Below, one piece after another: positions 18,147 through 28,800 of a DNA stretch of 64,000 nucleotides. Origin of the DNA: an uncultured Clostridia bacterium (GTDB taxonomy: Bacteria > Bacillota > Clostridia > Christensenellales > UBA3700); NCBI GenBank assembly GCA_947176265.1, contig CAMWQA010000002.1, forward strand, positions 321-64,320, read 5' to 3'. Under the pieces are notes generated by a model, which saw only the letters and a program-made list of their open reading frames with translations, ran no database searches and had not been told where the DNA came from. Position 1 is the first letter of the stretch. The number at the start of each line of letters is the position of its first letter. A program made the position numbers and the translations under genes.

Positions 18147-19808
18147 TTACTGCAGCGTACCGCTGTAAGTTCTTGCCTCGATACCGTATTCGCCAAGCGT
18201 ACGCATAAAGTCTTCGATGCCTTGAGTATTGTTGAGTATCAATACTTCGACGTCGGGATTTCCGTCGGAAACCTTGCAGAAAGATTTTGAAGTCAACTCC
18301 CATGGTACGGCAGAAGTATAGCTAACCACAATCTTACTTCCGTAGAATATATAGTCGCCTACTTGCTTTATCGTCGTAGGAAGTTGGATATACTCAAAAT
18401 CAACTCCTGCAAACGCGTAAGACTTAATGGTATTTATGCTTGTCAAGAAGTTGCCCGACGCGTCCAAAAATCTGAAGGTTCTGCCCATAGTATTCGTAGA
18501 CGTAGCGTCGTAAGAACCATAGTATGCGTATACCGTCGAGCCGGTTGCGTCAGTGAGCAAACCTTGTTGATAGGTCGAAGTGGTATTGCCGTCTCTTCTA
18601 TTGTCCTCAAGTCTTGTGATAACGAAGTTTTCGTTTTCCTCGTCGACTTTCAATACGTGTCTTGAATAAGTCGTGACGTTTACGCTCGTGCCTCTGCCGG
18701 TGTAGATTGCAAAAGCTCCTTCTCCGATGGTTTCAACACTCTTGCCGATGACGAAATCGTTGTTGTATAAGAATCTGTAACAGCCCATAAAGGTTTTTGC
18801 AGGTATCTCCTTGATTTCCGTAGGCAACGTAACGCTGGTCAACTGCGTACAGCCCTCGAATACTCCCTCGCCCATCGTCTCGATTTTTGCGTCTTCCGCC
18901 ATGACGAACTTGCTCATAGAAGTACATTGAGCGAACGCGCTCTCGCCAATTGACTTTATCGTTTTTGGCAAAGCAAAGTAAGAGAAGTTGGTCTTTACGC
19001 TCTTGAAAGCGCTAGCGCCTATCGAAACGAGATTTGGGAAAGAAAGTTGATCGTTTTCTTTGGAAGTAAGCAAAGTATTATAAAAAGCCCAATCGCCTAT
19101 GTTGGTAACTTCGCTGTCTTTATCCACTTCAATATCGCTGAATTTCGTGCAACCGTTGAAAGCATAATCGCCTATCTTCTCGAGGTCTTTTGCAAAATGC
19201 GCTTCTACTATAGCCGTGCAACCGTCGAATGCGTGCGCGCCTATCTCAAGCAATGACGTAGGCAAATACATTGCGTCGTTTTTGATTGCGCCGGTTCCTT
19301 CCGTGGAATAATTCTCTTTGTTGTATATGAAGTTCAAAGCCGTGCACTCTCTGAAAGCGTTTTCGCCTATCACGGTAACTCCGTCCGCCATTATTACGCT
19401 CTTGAGCGACTTGCAACCTCTAAAAGCTCCGTCGGGAATTTCTTTGAGATTACGCGGCAATACGACTTTCTCAAGCGAACTCATATCTCTGAAAGCTTCG
19501 CTTGATATTTTAAAAGAAGAATACGAGCAATTAAACTTGATTGATTTGACAGCGCTGTCCTTGAAAGCGTCTTTTGCTATTGCCACCACTTTGTTACCCT
19601 TGACTTTATCGGGTACGACCACGTCGGTATCGCTTCCTTCGTAGCCTATTATAGTTGCTCTCGAACCGTTGAGTTCGTATCTAAATCCGTCGGAATACTC
19701 TGACAACTGCCCCGTGTTGACCAAAAGTCCAATCACCGTGCCGAGCGACGCCAGCGCAATTACGAATACTGCGACCACAACGATTATTTGTCTTGTTTTG
19801 TTTGTCAT
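18147..19808 (-). CDS. BspA-type leucine-rich-repeat surface protein, N-terminal membrane anchor
   Basis: 553 aa. N-terminal TM segment (IIVVVAVFVIALASLGTVIGLLV). Many repeats of the IGxxAFxxCxxL type (IGENAFRECTAL, IGAHAFDGCTAI, IGDYAFNGCTKF, IGESAFAQCTSM, ...). Confidence 0.8.
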   Translation of the reverse strand: MTNKTRQIIVVVAVFVIALASLGTVIGLLVNTGQLSEYSDGFRYELNGSRATIIGYEGSDTDVVVPDKVKGNKVVAIAKDAFKDSAVKSIKFNCSYSSFKISSEAFRDMSSLEKVVLPRNLKEIPDGAFRGCKSLKSVIMADGVTVIGENAFRECTALNFIYNKENYSTEGTGAIKNDAMYLPTSLLEIGAHAFDGCTAIVEAHFAKDLEKIGDYAFNGCTKFSDIEVDKDSEVTNIGDWAFYNTLLTSKENDQLSFPNLVSIGASAFKSVKTNFSYFALPKTIKSIGESAFAQCTSMSKFVMAEDAKIETMGEGVFEGCTQLTSVTLPTEIKEIPAKTFMGCYRFLYNNDFVIGKSVETIGEGAFAIYTGRGTSVNVTTYSRHVLKVDEENENFVITRLEDNRRDGNTTSTYQQGLLTDATGSTVYAYYGSYDATSTNTMGRTFRFLDASGNFLTSINTIKSYAFAGVDFEYIQLPTTIKQVGDYIFYGSKIVVSYTSAVPWELTSKSFCKVSDGNPDVEVLILNNTQGIEDFMRTLGEYGIEARTYSGTLQ

Positions 19809-19884
19809 ATTTACCTCATAACTAATTACTCTGATTATAGCAGAGAAGAGTACGTAATGATTATTCCCACCTCTACGTTTTTAT

Positions 19885-19913
19885 ATTATAGCATACCAAA
19901 AAGCAAATTACAA
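19885..19913 (-). promoter_or_regulatory. sigma-A-type promoter of the LRR protein gene
   Basis: Minus strand: TTGTAA (19908-19913), 17 nt, TATAAT (19885-19890). Confidence 0.4.
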
Positions 19914-19986
19914 TTATTTAAATATATTATATATTATAAGAAAAGCCTAAAATATCGGGATTTGCCGTCGCTTTTGGCAGCGCCTG

Positions 19987-21579
19987 TCAATTTGAGAATA
20001 ACTTGCGTATATATTTGAGAGCGACGTTGATACCGTCTACGCTTGCCGAAGTGATACCGCCTGCGTACCCTGCTCCCTCTCCGCACGGCATAAGTCCCTC
20101 GATAGAACTGTCGCCCGCCTCGTTGCGAAATATGCGTATAGGGCTTGACGAACGGCTCTCAACCCCTGTCAAAAGCGCGTCGCCGTCGGCAAATCCTTTG
20201 AGCTTTTTGTCAAAGACTTTTACCGCCTCGACTATGCTGTCCGTGACGTAACTCGGCAGGCAGGCTCTCAAATCTGCCGTCGTTACTCCAATTGGATACG
20301 TCGGCAAAACTTGACCGAAACTTCCGCTTTCCCTTCCCTTTGCCAAATCTTCGTATCTTTGGCAAGGAGCTTTATACGAATGCGATACCGCGTACGCAAG
20401 CCTTTCGTACTTGCGTTGGAATTCCACTCCCGCGAGCGGATTGCTACTTCCAAAATCGGACGGTTGAACGCCCACGAGCAACGCGCTGTTAGCGTTGACT
20501 CCGTCGCGCGCGTAATAACTCATTCCGTTGGTAACCACAGCGTTTTCTTCCGACGTAGCGGGCATTACGTAACCGCCCGGGCACATACAAAAGGTATAAC
20601 ACGATCTGCCGTTGTCAAGATGACAAGACAGCGAATAATTTGCAGGCGGAAGCCCCTTTTGCTCGCCGTACTGTCCCTTATCGATTGCGCTCTGCAAATG
20701 TTCTATACGCGCGCCGATAGAGAAGGGTTTTTGCTCTATTTCCACTTTAGAGACGAGCATCTCAAAAGTATCTCTTGCGCTATGCCCCACGGCAAGTATA
20801 CAGCAATCGCAATCTATGCTCCAACGTCCTCTGTCTTTTGTGTCGACCTCAACTGCCGTAAGCTTTCCGCTCTTCGTCTTGACGTCGACAAACTGGCTGT
20901 CGAAATACACTTCTCCGCCCAACGAAAGTATCTCGTTACGCATATTCTTAATTACGTCTCTCAACTTGTCAGTACCCACGTGAGGTTTTGCGTCGTAAAG
21001 TATTTGAGGCGGCGCGCCAAACTTGACGAACTCCCCGAATACTACGCTGATAAGCGAAGAACCTGTACCGGTATTGAGTTTTCCGTCTGAAAAAGTACCT
21101 GCTCCGCCTTCTCCGAATTGCAAGTTGCTCTGCGTATCGAGTACGCAAGTATTTATAAAGTCGCCGACGCTCTTCGCTCTTTCGTCTACGCTCTTGCCTC
21201 TCTCTAAGATTATAGGACGAAGCCCCGCTTTTGCAAGCGTTAATCCGGCAAAAAGTCCCGCAGGTCCAAGCCCTACTATCACGGGTCTTTTTGAAGGCGC
21301 TGGTACGTCTTTGGGCAAAATACTCTCGATTTGCCGCGACGGCGGAGTATATAGCGTAGCTTTGGGATGTCGGGAAAGATATTTATTTTCATCTTGCAAT
21401 GAAACTCCCGCGCTCAACACATATCTTATACGGGTCTTGTCTCTGCTGTCTATGGACTTTTTAATTATATCGTATCTTTTAATATCGCCTAAGTTTACGC
21501 CAAGCAACCTAGCGACGCCTTTTTTGACGTCGCTGTCGGAGTAATCTATGGGGAGTTTTATTTGGTCTACTCTTATCAT
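19987..21579 (-). CDS. FAD-dependent protein (COG2509-type uncharacterised dehydrogenase)
   Basis: 530 aa. Rossmann motif VIVGLGPAGLFAGLTLAKAGLRPIILERGK and the GEGGAGTFSDGKL motif characteristic of this family. Confidence 0.8.
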   Translation of the reverse strand: MIRVDQIKLPIDYSDSDVKKGVARLLGVNLGDIKRYDIIKKSIDSRDKTRIRYVLSAGVSLQDENKYLSRHPKATLYTPPSRQIESILPKDVPAPSKRPVIVGLGPAGLFAGLTLAKAGLRPIILERGKSVDERAKSVGDFINTCVLDTQSNLQFGEGGAGTFSDGKLNTGTGSSLISVVFGEFVKFGAPPQILYDAKPHVGTDKLRDVIKNMRNEILSLGGEVYFDSQFVDVKTKSGKLTAVEVDTKDRGRWSIDCDCCILAVGHSARDTFEMLVSKVEIEQKPFSIGARIEHLQSAIDKGQYGEQKGLPPANYSLSCHLDNGRSCYTFCMCPGGYVMPATSEENAVVTNGMSYYARDGVNANSALLVGVQPSDFGSSNPLAGVEFQRKYERLAYAVSHSYKAPCQRYEDLAKGRESGSFGQVLPTYPIGVTTADLRACLPSYVTDSIVEAVKVFDKKLKGFADGDALLTGVESRSSSPIRIFRNEAGDSSIEGLMPCGEGAGYAGGITSASVDGINVALKYIRKLFSN

Positions 21580-22742
21580 TTAATATCTTTATTTGCCGCC
21601 ATTGCGCTTGCCCAAGCCCAATGGAGATTGCAACCTCCGCAAAGTCCGTCGACGTCTACGCTCTCGCCTATACAGTAAAGCCCCCTATGCAATTTGGATT
21701 GCATAGAAGTCATATCCAACTCATCGAGACAAACGCCTCCGCACGCCACTTGCGCGTTGGCTTTTGCGCCCACTCCGCGTATATTTACCTCATACGCTTT
21801 ACACGCTTTTGCTATGCCGTCGGCTTTTTCGCGCGACATAATCAAGGATCTATCCATACGAACTCTTGCCATTACGTTTTGCGCGATAGCCTTGTGCAGT
21901 ATTCCCTCAAGCGGAGCGTACACGCTGCAATTGCCGTATATAAAGTCCGCCAGCCGTTCTTCCTGCATATCGGGTACAAAGTCAATAATAACTTTGCAAC
22001 TCTCAACTTTACCTTTGTATCTTGCAAGAGCGGAAGAAAGACGAAAAGCAAGTATTCCCGACAGCGCGTCGTCTTTGAATAAGAACTCTCCGCGCTCGCC
22101 CATTGCCTCTTTGCCATTGATAAACATCGTCGCGTAAACTTTTGCGCGCACTCCGTTCGCCCCTTTAATATCTTCGCATAACAACGGAGCTATTGCGTAT
22201 CTAAATTGATCTGCCCTATGTCCCAAAGCCCGTATGAGATGCAAACTGTCAAGTCCGCTCGTCGCGTTGCTTCCGCAGGCAAATACCGCTACGTCCGCCG
22301 TATATTCTCCATTTGAAGTAATTACCTTCCATTTATCTTTACAAGGTTGAATTTGCTCTACGAGAGTATCGCAAATTACCCTCGCGCCGTATTCTTCAAG
22401 TCGGCGAATAATCAAATTGAGTACGGTGTTTGCGCTCTCGCTGTATGGATAAACTCTGCCCTCCGCGTCAGCCTTTGTCAAAAGCCCCATATCCGCAAAT
22501 TCGTCTATCACTCTTTGAGGAGTAAACTCTTGCAAAATATCTTTGACAAGCACGGTATTGTAATCCTCAACGGCAAGGTTAATATTTGTCAGATTACACT
22601 TGCCGTTGCCTGTGGCAAGCAACTTCTTTCCGACCCGCGGATTTTTTTCAAGTACGGTTACGCTTTTTCCGCGCTTAGCAAGCAGCAACGCGCACATAAG
22701 TCCGCTCGCACCTCCGCCTATTATCACGATACTCTCCGCCAT
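21576..22742 (-). CDS. HI0933/YhiN-like (aminoacetone-oxidase family) FAD-binding flavoprotein
   Basis: IVIIGGGASGLMCALLLAKRG dinucleotide fold and the TGNGKCNLTN motif. ATG at 22742 (MAES...) is preceded by GGAGG; the track start at 22802 is an extension. 4-nt overlap with the downstream gene. Confidence 0.8.
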   Translation of the reverse strand: MAESIVIIGGGASGLMCALLLAKRGKSVTVLEKNPRVGKKLLATGNGKCNLTNINLAVEDYNTVLVKDILQEFTPQRVIDEFADMGLLTKADAEGRVYPYSESANTVLNLIIRRLEEYGARVICDTLVEQIQPCKDKWKVITSNGEYTADVAVFACGSNATSGLDSLHLIRALGHRADQFRYAIAPLLCEDIKGANGVRAKVYATMFINGKEAMGERGEFLFKDDALSGILAFRLSSALARYKGKVESCKVIIDFVPDMQEERLADFIYGNCSVYAPLEGILHKAIAQNVMARVRMDRSLIMSREKADGIAKACKAYEVNIRGVGAKANAQVACGGVCLDELDMTSMQSKLHRGLYCIGESVDVDGLCGGCNLHWAWASAMAANKDIK

Positions 22743-22769
22743 AACAACCTCCGTAATATACTTGTTTTT

Positions 22770-22799
22770 ATTATAGAATACCCAATCGACATTTTGCAA
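22770..22799 (-). promoter_or_regulatory. sigma-A-type promoter of the flavoprotein gene pair
   Basis: Minus strand: TTGCAA (22794-22799), 18 nt, TATAAT (22770-22775). Confidence 0.45.
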
Positions 22800-22809
22800 C
22801 AAAATCAGG

Positions 22810-22849
22810 TAAAATCAAAGGGACGCAACAGATTTCTCCGTTCCGTCCC
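22810..22849 (-). terminator. Possible terminator of the giant-protein operon
   Basis: Minus strand: GGGACG...CGTCCC stem (22820-22849) with a partly paired interior, followed by TTTGATTTTA. The loop is long, so confidence is low. Confidence 0.35.
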
Positions 22850-22888
22850 CAGATAATTGACTGCCTCTCTTTTAGCCCAAACTTGACG

Positions 22889-25800
22889 TTACTTTACTTT
22901 GACGGCTATGGTCACGCTATAGGTAATACCCGCGTTTACCACGTCGTAACTAACGTCGATAGAGTTAAGTTTCTTTGCATTGACGTCTACTGCTACGTTG
23001 ACCTTGCCGTTGACAGCCTTGTCAACGCCCAAGAATACGAGAGTCTCTTTAATATCTGCATTAAAGGTTGCCACGCCGTCATTAATCTCAAATTGCTCGT
23101 TGACGAAATACAAATCGTCAAACTCAAATCCTATGCCGTCCGCGCCGAAAGCCATACTCGACACGTCCAGTCTCGGGTCGATTTCTTCTTTGCCGTTTTC
23201 GTATTTATACAATGACTTGCCGCCCGATTTAACTTCAATCGTCAAGTCGCGATTGCCCGCGGATTGAGAATCTGACTGATATGATGCGATTCTATACAAA
23301 TCGGCTTTAGAAAACTTGCCGTCGTCAACCGGATTGCAACCTGCAAACACCGTCAAGCATACGAGCATTACGGCAACGACTGCAACGATTATTTTGCTTG
23401 CTCTCTTTGCATTGAAGCTGGCTTTCTTGTCGGAGCTAACGACTTGCTCGTCTTCTCTCTTCTTTTTTGCAAAGAACATAAATCCTGCTGCCAATACGCT
23501 TACTCCGCTCATTGAAAGCGCAATAGCCTTTGCCGAGCTGGAAGTCTTACCCGACTTTCCGACAGCCGTAGCGCCTGCCTTTTGAGCGCCTGCGATTACG
23601 GTATTTGCTCCGCGGAGAAGTTGCTCGTAAGAAGCTTGCAACTTAGCGTACTTAGCTTGGTCTATGAAAGCCAAATCGGCTTGAGATACGCTATCGATAT
23701 ACGCAAGGACTTTGCTCTCGTACTCGTCGATATTGGAGAAGTTGATCTTGTCAAATTTTTCAAGCGTGCTCTTTATTGACGATATATCTATACCTGTACG
23801 CAAATTGAAGACTAACTCTTCCGACTGCTTATAGTTGGCTGCCTCGGCAAATCTAACCTTGACAACGTACGGAGTATTTGCTTTAAGTCCTGCAAAGGTT
23901 GCTCTACTAACGTAACCGGCGCCGTCGAAGCTTACTTCCATACCGGATATTTTGCTTGAAAGCGAAATCTGGTTATAATTGACTAATATCTTGATATCGT
24001 CTGCAGAGACTTCGCGGTCAGCCTTCGTAATATAGAAGTCCATAATATACTCGCCTTGGAAGATATTAGAATCTACAGGCGTAACGTGCTTGAAGTATTG
24101 ACCTGCATTTACCAACGGCTCGTCGATTGTATCTCCGTTTTCTATTCTACGAATATACTTTCTAACGTAGAGACCTTCTGCGTCGTTACGCGTATATACA
24201 TATTTACCGTCAACCGTTTCTCTCGTATACTTGCCGTCGTTATCTCTGGCAAGAGCGTCCGCCTCTGCCTTAGTAAGACTCGAGATAGCCACGTATCTGA
24301 ATACTCTAAACTTAAGCGCGTTGAAAATTGTCGTGTTGGAAGTAATAACGCGGAAGTCTTCGTATCTGTCCTGACCGTTGTAAACTTCTTCGGAGCTACG
24401 CAAATTAACGAACTGCTCTATATTTTCGAGGTCTGCGCCGATTACGTGCAAATCGCCCGGGTTAATGGTGACATTGTAGTTGCGGTATCTCGGAACGATT
24501 ATTTGAATAGTGTCGCCGTGATAGCCTTCCGCTTCTTCCGTTATCCAATTGCCGTCTTCATCAAGGAAGTTGGGGTCTTGTTCCAGACCGTTGAATACTA
24601 TTTTAACCACGCCTTGCTTTACGCCGAGGTCTCTATAGTACTCGTCGATATACATCTTAGCTTGGAGATACTCGCCGTCTTGAACGAACTTATGTTTTTC
24701 ATTTTCCTCAGCGTCCTCATTGTCGAAAACGTAGTCGAACGGAGCAAGGTATCTTTCAATATCGTAAGCCATCGCCTCGTCTTGCGTGAAATAGTGGTAA
24801 TCTTCCTCTTCATAATTTGGATGAATACCGCCGTTTTCAGACGCGGGTCTGAGGATAGGCGTCAACGAATCTTCTACGGAATAGATTCTGTATGCAGGCA
24901 AAACGTTGATAGTCACGTCGCGCTTGTTGATCTTCATGATGATTTCAAGACGCGTGTACTCTTCGCCGAATACGATCGTATAGTTTTCGTTGGAAGCGTC
25001 TGATATAAACGCTCTGTAAGTACCTGCGTACGACGGATTTTCCGTAGCCTCTGTAGACATAACTCCGTCGACAATCTCGAAATAGTTGTAGTTGAACTCT
25101 ATCTTATCGTCGCCGAATACCTCTTCTGCAAATTGCGCAATTACGCTGGGTTTGTGGACGTTGCCGTCGTAATCGAATTCTTTGTCGCCCTCCTCAAGCT
25201 CTGCTCCAATTATCGTGAGCGTCTTGGGAACTATAGCAAACTCTGCTTCGTCAACTACGAGCTTATAGTTTTTCTCAGCGCCGTCTTCAGTCTTCTTCAT
25301 CTCAGCGCCGACGAAATACGTATCTACTTTGCTGCCTACTTCCACGTCGCCAAAGTTAGCTTCAAGCTCAATGCCGTCTTTGTTGAAGAGTTCCAAGTCT
25401 TTATCATTCACGACTCTCAACTCGATACATTCAGGCAAATCGTCGCCGTAAATTACGCTGTTGGTATTGAGGAATACTTTTACCTTAACCTCTCTCTCTT
25501 TGATATTGTACAATTCATTATTCGTCACTTCATCGGTCGTGTTGTTGACAATGTTGATGATATAGTTGTTGATTGTATTGTACGTCTTTGAATTTTCATC
25601 TTTAGGATTATACGCGTATACTCTGCCAGTTCTATGATCGACGTCGTCAGGTATAGTGATAGCATACTTACCTACGGACGCATACACTTCCTCAGTACTA
25701 AGCACAGGCTTGAGCACGATATTGTCTTCGGCCGCGAATTCTTTTCCATCCTCCGTCTCCGCGTATTTCCAAGCTCTTACGCTCGGAGAATTTGCATTGC

Positions 25801-28800
25801 CTATCAACTCGGGCAATTTGTCGCCGTAACTTCTATTTACTTCTTTTATTTCGACGTCTACCTGTCTCTTCTTTATAACTACAGTAAACAACTCGTCATT
25901 CACAATTTCGTAGTTGTCTTTTGCATTCTCGTCTATCTGCCAACCGGAGGAAGTCATACCGACTGTAAAGTCAATGCCTACCTCAACCGTATAACTTCCG
26001 GCGTCTCTTGCTTCGTTGAGCTTAATATCCGTATCTTTTCCGTTTTCGTCTCTCAAGATAAACTTATAGGTAGCAAAACTCGAACTATACTCGTAAGCGA
26101 ATATACCGTTTTCTCCCGTCTGTCTTTGGAAGGTAACGTCAAGTTTTTTATTCTCGGCATTATTTATCTTGCCGTTGATTACCTCGCCGTAGTCAACTTC
26201 TATGTAGTGATTTTCATAATCGAAATTAAAGCTGACCTGTCTCTTTTTAATAGTTACGTCAACCAAAATAGACGCGCCGTTGTAGTTGGTATACACAGAA
26301 GTGAGCAAATCGTATTTGATTTGATATTCTCCTGCGTCGAAAGGCTCTTGCTCCGTCTCTTCGAACACTCCGTTAATCTTCTTAAAATAAGTAGGTTTGC
26401 CAAACGTCAAGAGTTCGTGATATCCATTTCCGTCTTCCACGCCGGTAGCCGTAACTTCTGGATCAACTCTGTCCTGTACGAGGAAACCGTAAGGATATTC
26501 GAATTTCGTCTTGGTGCTGAGCGTAGCGTCCGTCGGTATAATTTCGACAACGTATTTAGTAACTTCCGGCATGATATAGTTGGTGGATTGGACGCCGCCG
26601 CGCATACTCATTCTCATCTCGAAAAAGCCTACGTTGCGCATATTCAACTCGCCTTCGCCGTAAGCGACGTATTCGAATTGGAGAATGTCGCTATCCTTGT
26701 CAAGCACGTTGTACAAAACTATTCTTGAAGTTGAATTATTTGCCTGCGCCAAATTTGGATATATTTCAATCTCATCTGCCAACATTATATTTTTAGCTTC
26801 GTAAGGTACTTTGATAAAGTAAGTATCTCCGTCCTGCTGAGCTGTAATCTTATTGATAAAGCCGATTTGACGAGCCTCAATCTCAAAGTCAATGCAGTAA
26901 TCGACCTTTCCTGCGCCAGGAAGAGCGTAGCTACTGTTGGACAAACCTGTGACGACGACCTTATAAGAGCCTGCGTTTACGCAGCTGTCAATATATTTAT
27001 ACTCTCCCGTATAACTATCGAGCGCTCTGTATTCGTATATCAGCGTACAAGTATCGGTACCAATCAAAGTGCCATCCGGCAACGACAAATCGAATACTAC
27101 GGGAAGGCCGTCATACAAAGTATTATATCTGCCGTATGAGACTATATTGCCTCCCGAAATTTCTTGATCGCCGACTTTTTCTATATCACTGGCGTGTCTC
27201 CATTCTATAGACACCGATTTCGGGAGTATTTGTTGAACTGCTCTCGGTTGCCAATCTATTTGCTTTTCGCCGTTTACGACAGGCTCGTAGCCTTCGTGCG
27301 TCTTTATAAACTCCTGATAGTCCGGGTCATCATATATATACGACACGTATCTATAAGATTCATTGATAAATTGGATATAGCTGTAATCTTTGCCCGGCTC
27401 GTTTTCAAGATACAAGAAAGATTGATAGGTATCGGGAGATAACATGTTATTGGTCAAACTTACCGGCATGTTGTTGCTAGAACTGATAGCTACCCAATAT
27501 TTCTTATTAGATAAGTCCATTATATGTTTTGTGCACGCTTTATCAGAATACAACTTCAAAGTTGGAGCAGTCAGTCCTGCGCCATATCTTGCCGAAGGCA
27601 TAACTATCTTATTAGTTTCGGGATCGACTGTACTATTATTAGGATAATCCTTTGTAAAGTATACTGCCCTTCCTTGAGTGTATTTAATAGTATAGTTTTG
27701 ACTTTGATTTTGATTGTTACCTCTTGATATTTCGGTATGCGTCACATTGTACTGCTTTGCCTCGCTGATTGACCTAACCTTATCGTAATAATACTCAAGA
27801 TCGGGATTATTGGGGTTGCTTGACCTCTCAATTGATTTTGACCAAAGAATGCAGTCGCTGTTTTTAAGGTCGTATACCGCCCACAATGGCGAAGAGTCGG
27901 CTGTACCCGAAAATGCCAAATATGCATTGACGTCGGAAGCTTTAGTATAATTATCCGAGTCGTCGGCTTGACCGAGTACGTCTTTAATAATTATGTTGGT
28001 AGAATAGCGTCTGCCATAGTTACTTCCTTCGGTTCCCTTCGTATTAGTATAATCATACGCTATGGAGAACTTATTACTACCCGTATAGAAATCGTCGTCC
28101 ATAAATATGTCGGAAACCGATGGGTCTGTGCTACCGCCAGATCTGCCTGTAACGCCGACGACAAGCCCCTGATAACCTGTATTAGAAGCATAGTTTTGGT
28201 CGTTGTTAGGAGTATATTCCACACCGTACGTCAAGAACTTAGCGTATCCTCTCCATTTGTTGATTACTCCGTTGATAATTCCGCAAGTACCAATCTTTCC
28301 GGCGAGAGAATCCTCTTCGTCCGAGTTGTCTCCGCCAATAATAGCCGCGACTATTCCCGAAAGAGCGCGGGTTCTGCTTTTTTCATCTCCCGTACATCTT
28401 GCATCAAGATTACCGCTGCCTTCGGTAACAATATTGTATACTTTTGCGCTGTTTGCGCACCAGCCTACCACTCCGCCTACAAAACACCTCGATTTTGGGT
28501 CATGCCATGCCGCACCGCCACTCAGATTATGACCTGCTATGGATATTTGGAAATTACCGTTGAGCGTCAATTTGCTGTTGGCAACTACTGCGTTACTGTG
28601 AGTCATTGCGCCTGCAAATCCGCCGAATGCAATAGTGTGGTTGGTTCTGCTCTCTGCGCCGAGATTTTGCGTTCCGATATTACCGTTCCAAGTTGTTGCG
28701 CTGTGGAACGTCACGTTTTTGCTGACAGTCAAAGAGCAATTTTCTATAGTACCCAAAGACAATCCTACTATTAAACCCATACATACCGAATTGGGCGTAG

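Noticed and set aside
24056-26728. Long plus-strand ORFs (315 aa at 24056-25003 and 364 aa at 25634-26728) inside giant gene 2
   Set aside because: They are entirely antisense to a 2184-aa ORF with clear domain structure. Their translations are low-complexity (F/V/R/L-rich) with no RBS or family motifs. They are shadow ORFs caused by the codon usage of the sense gene.
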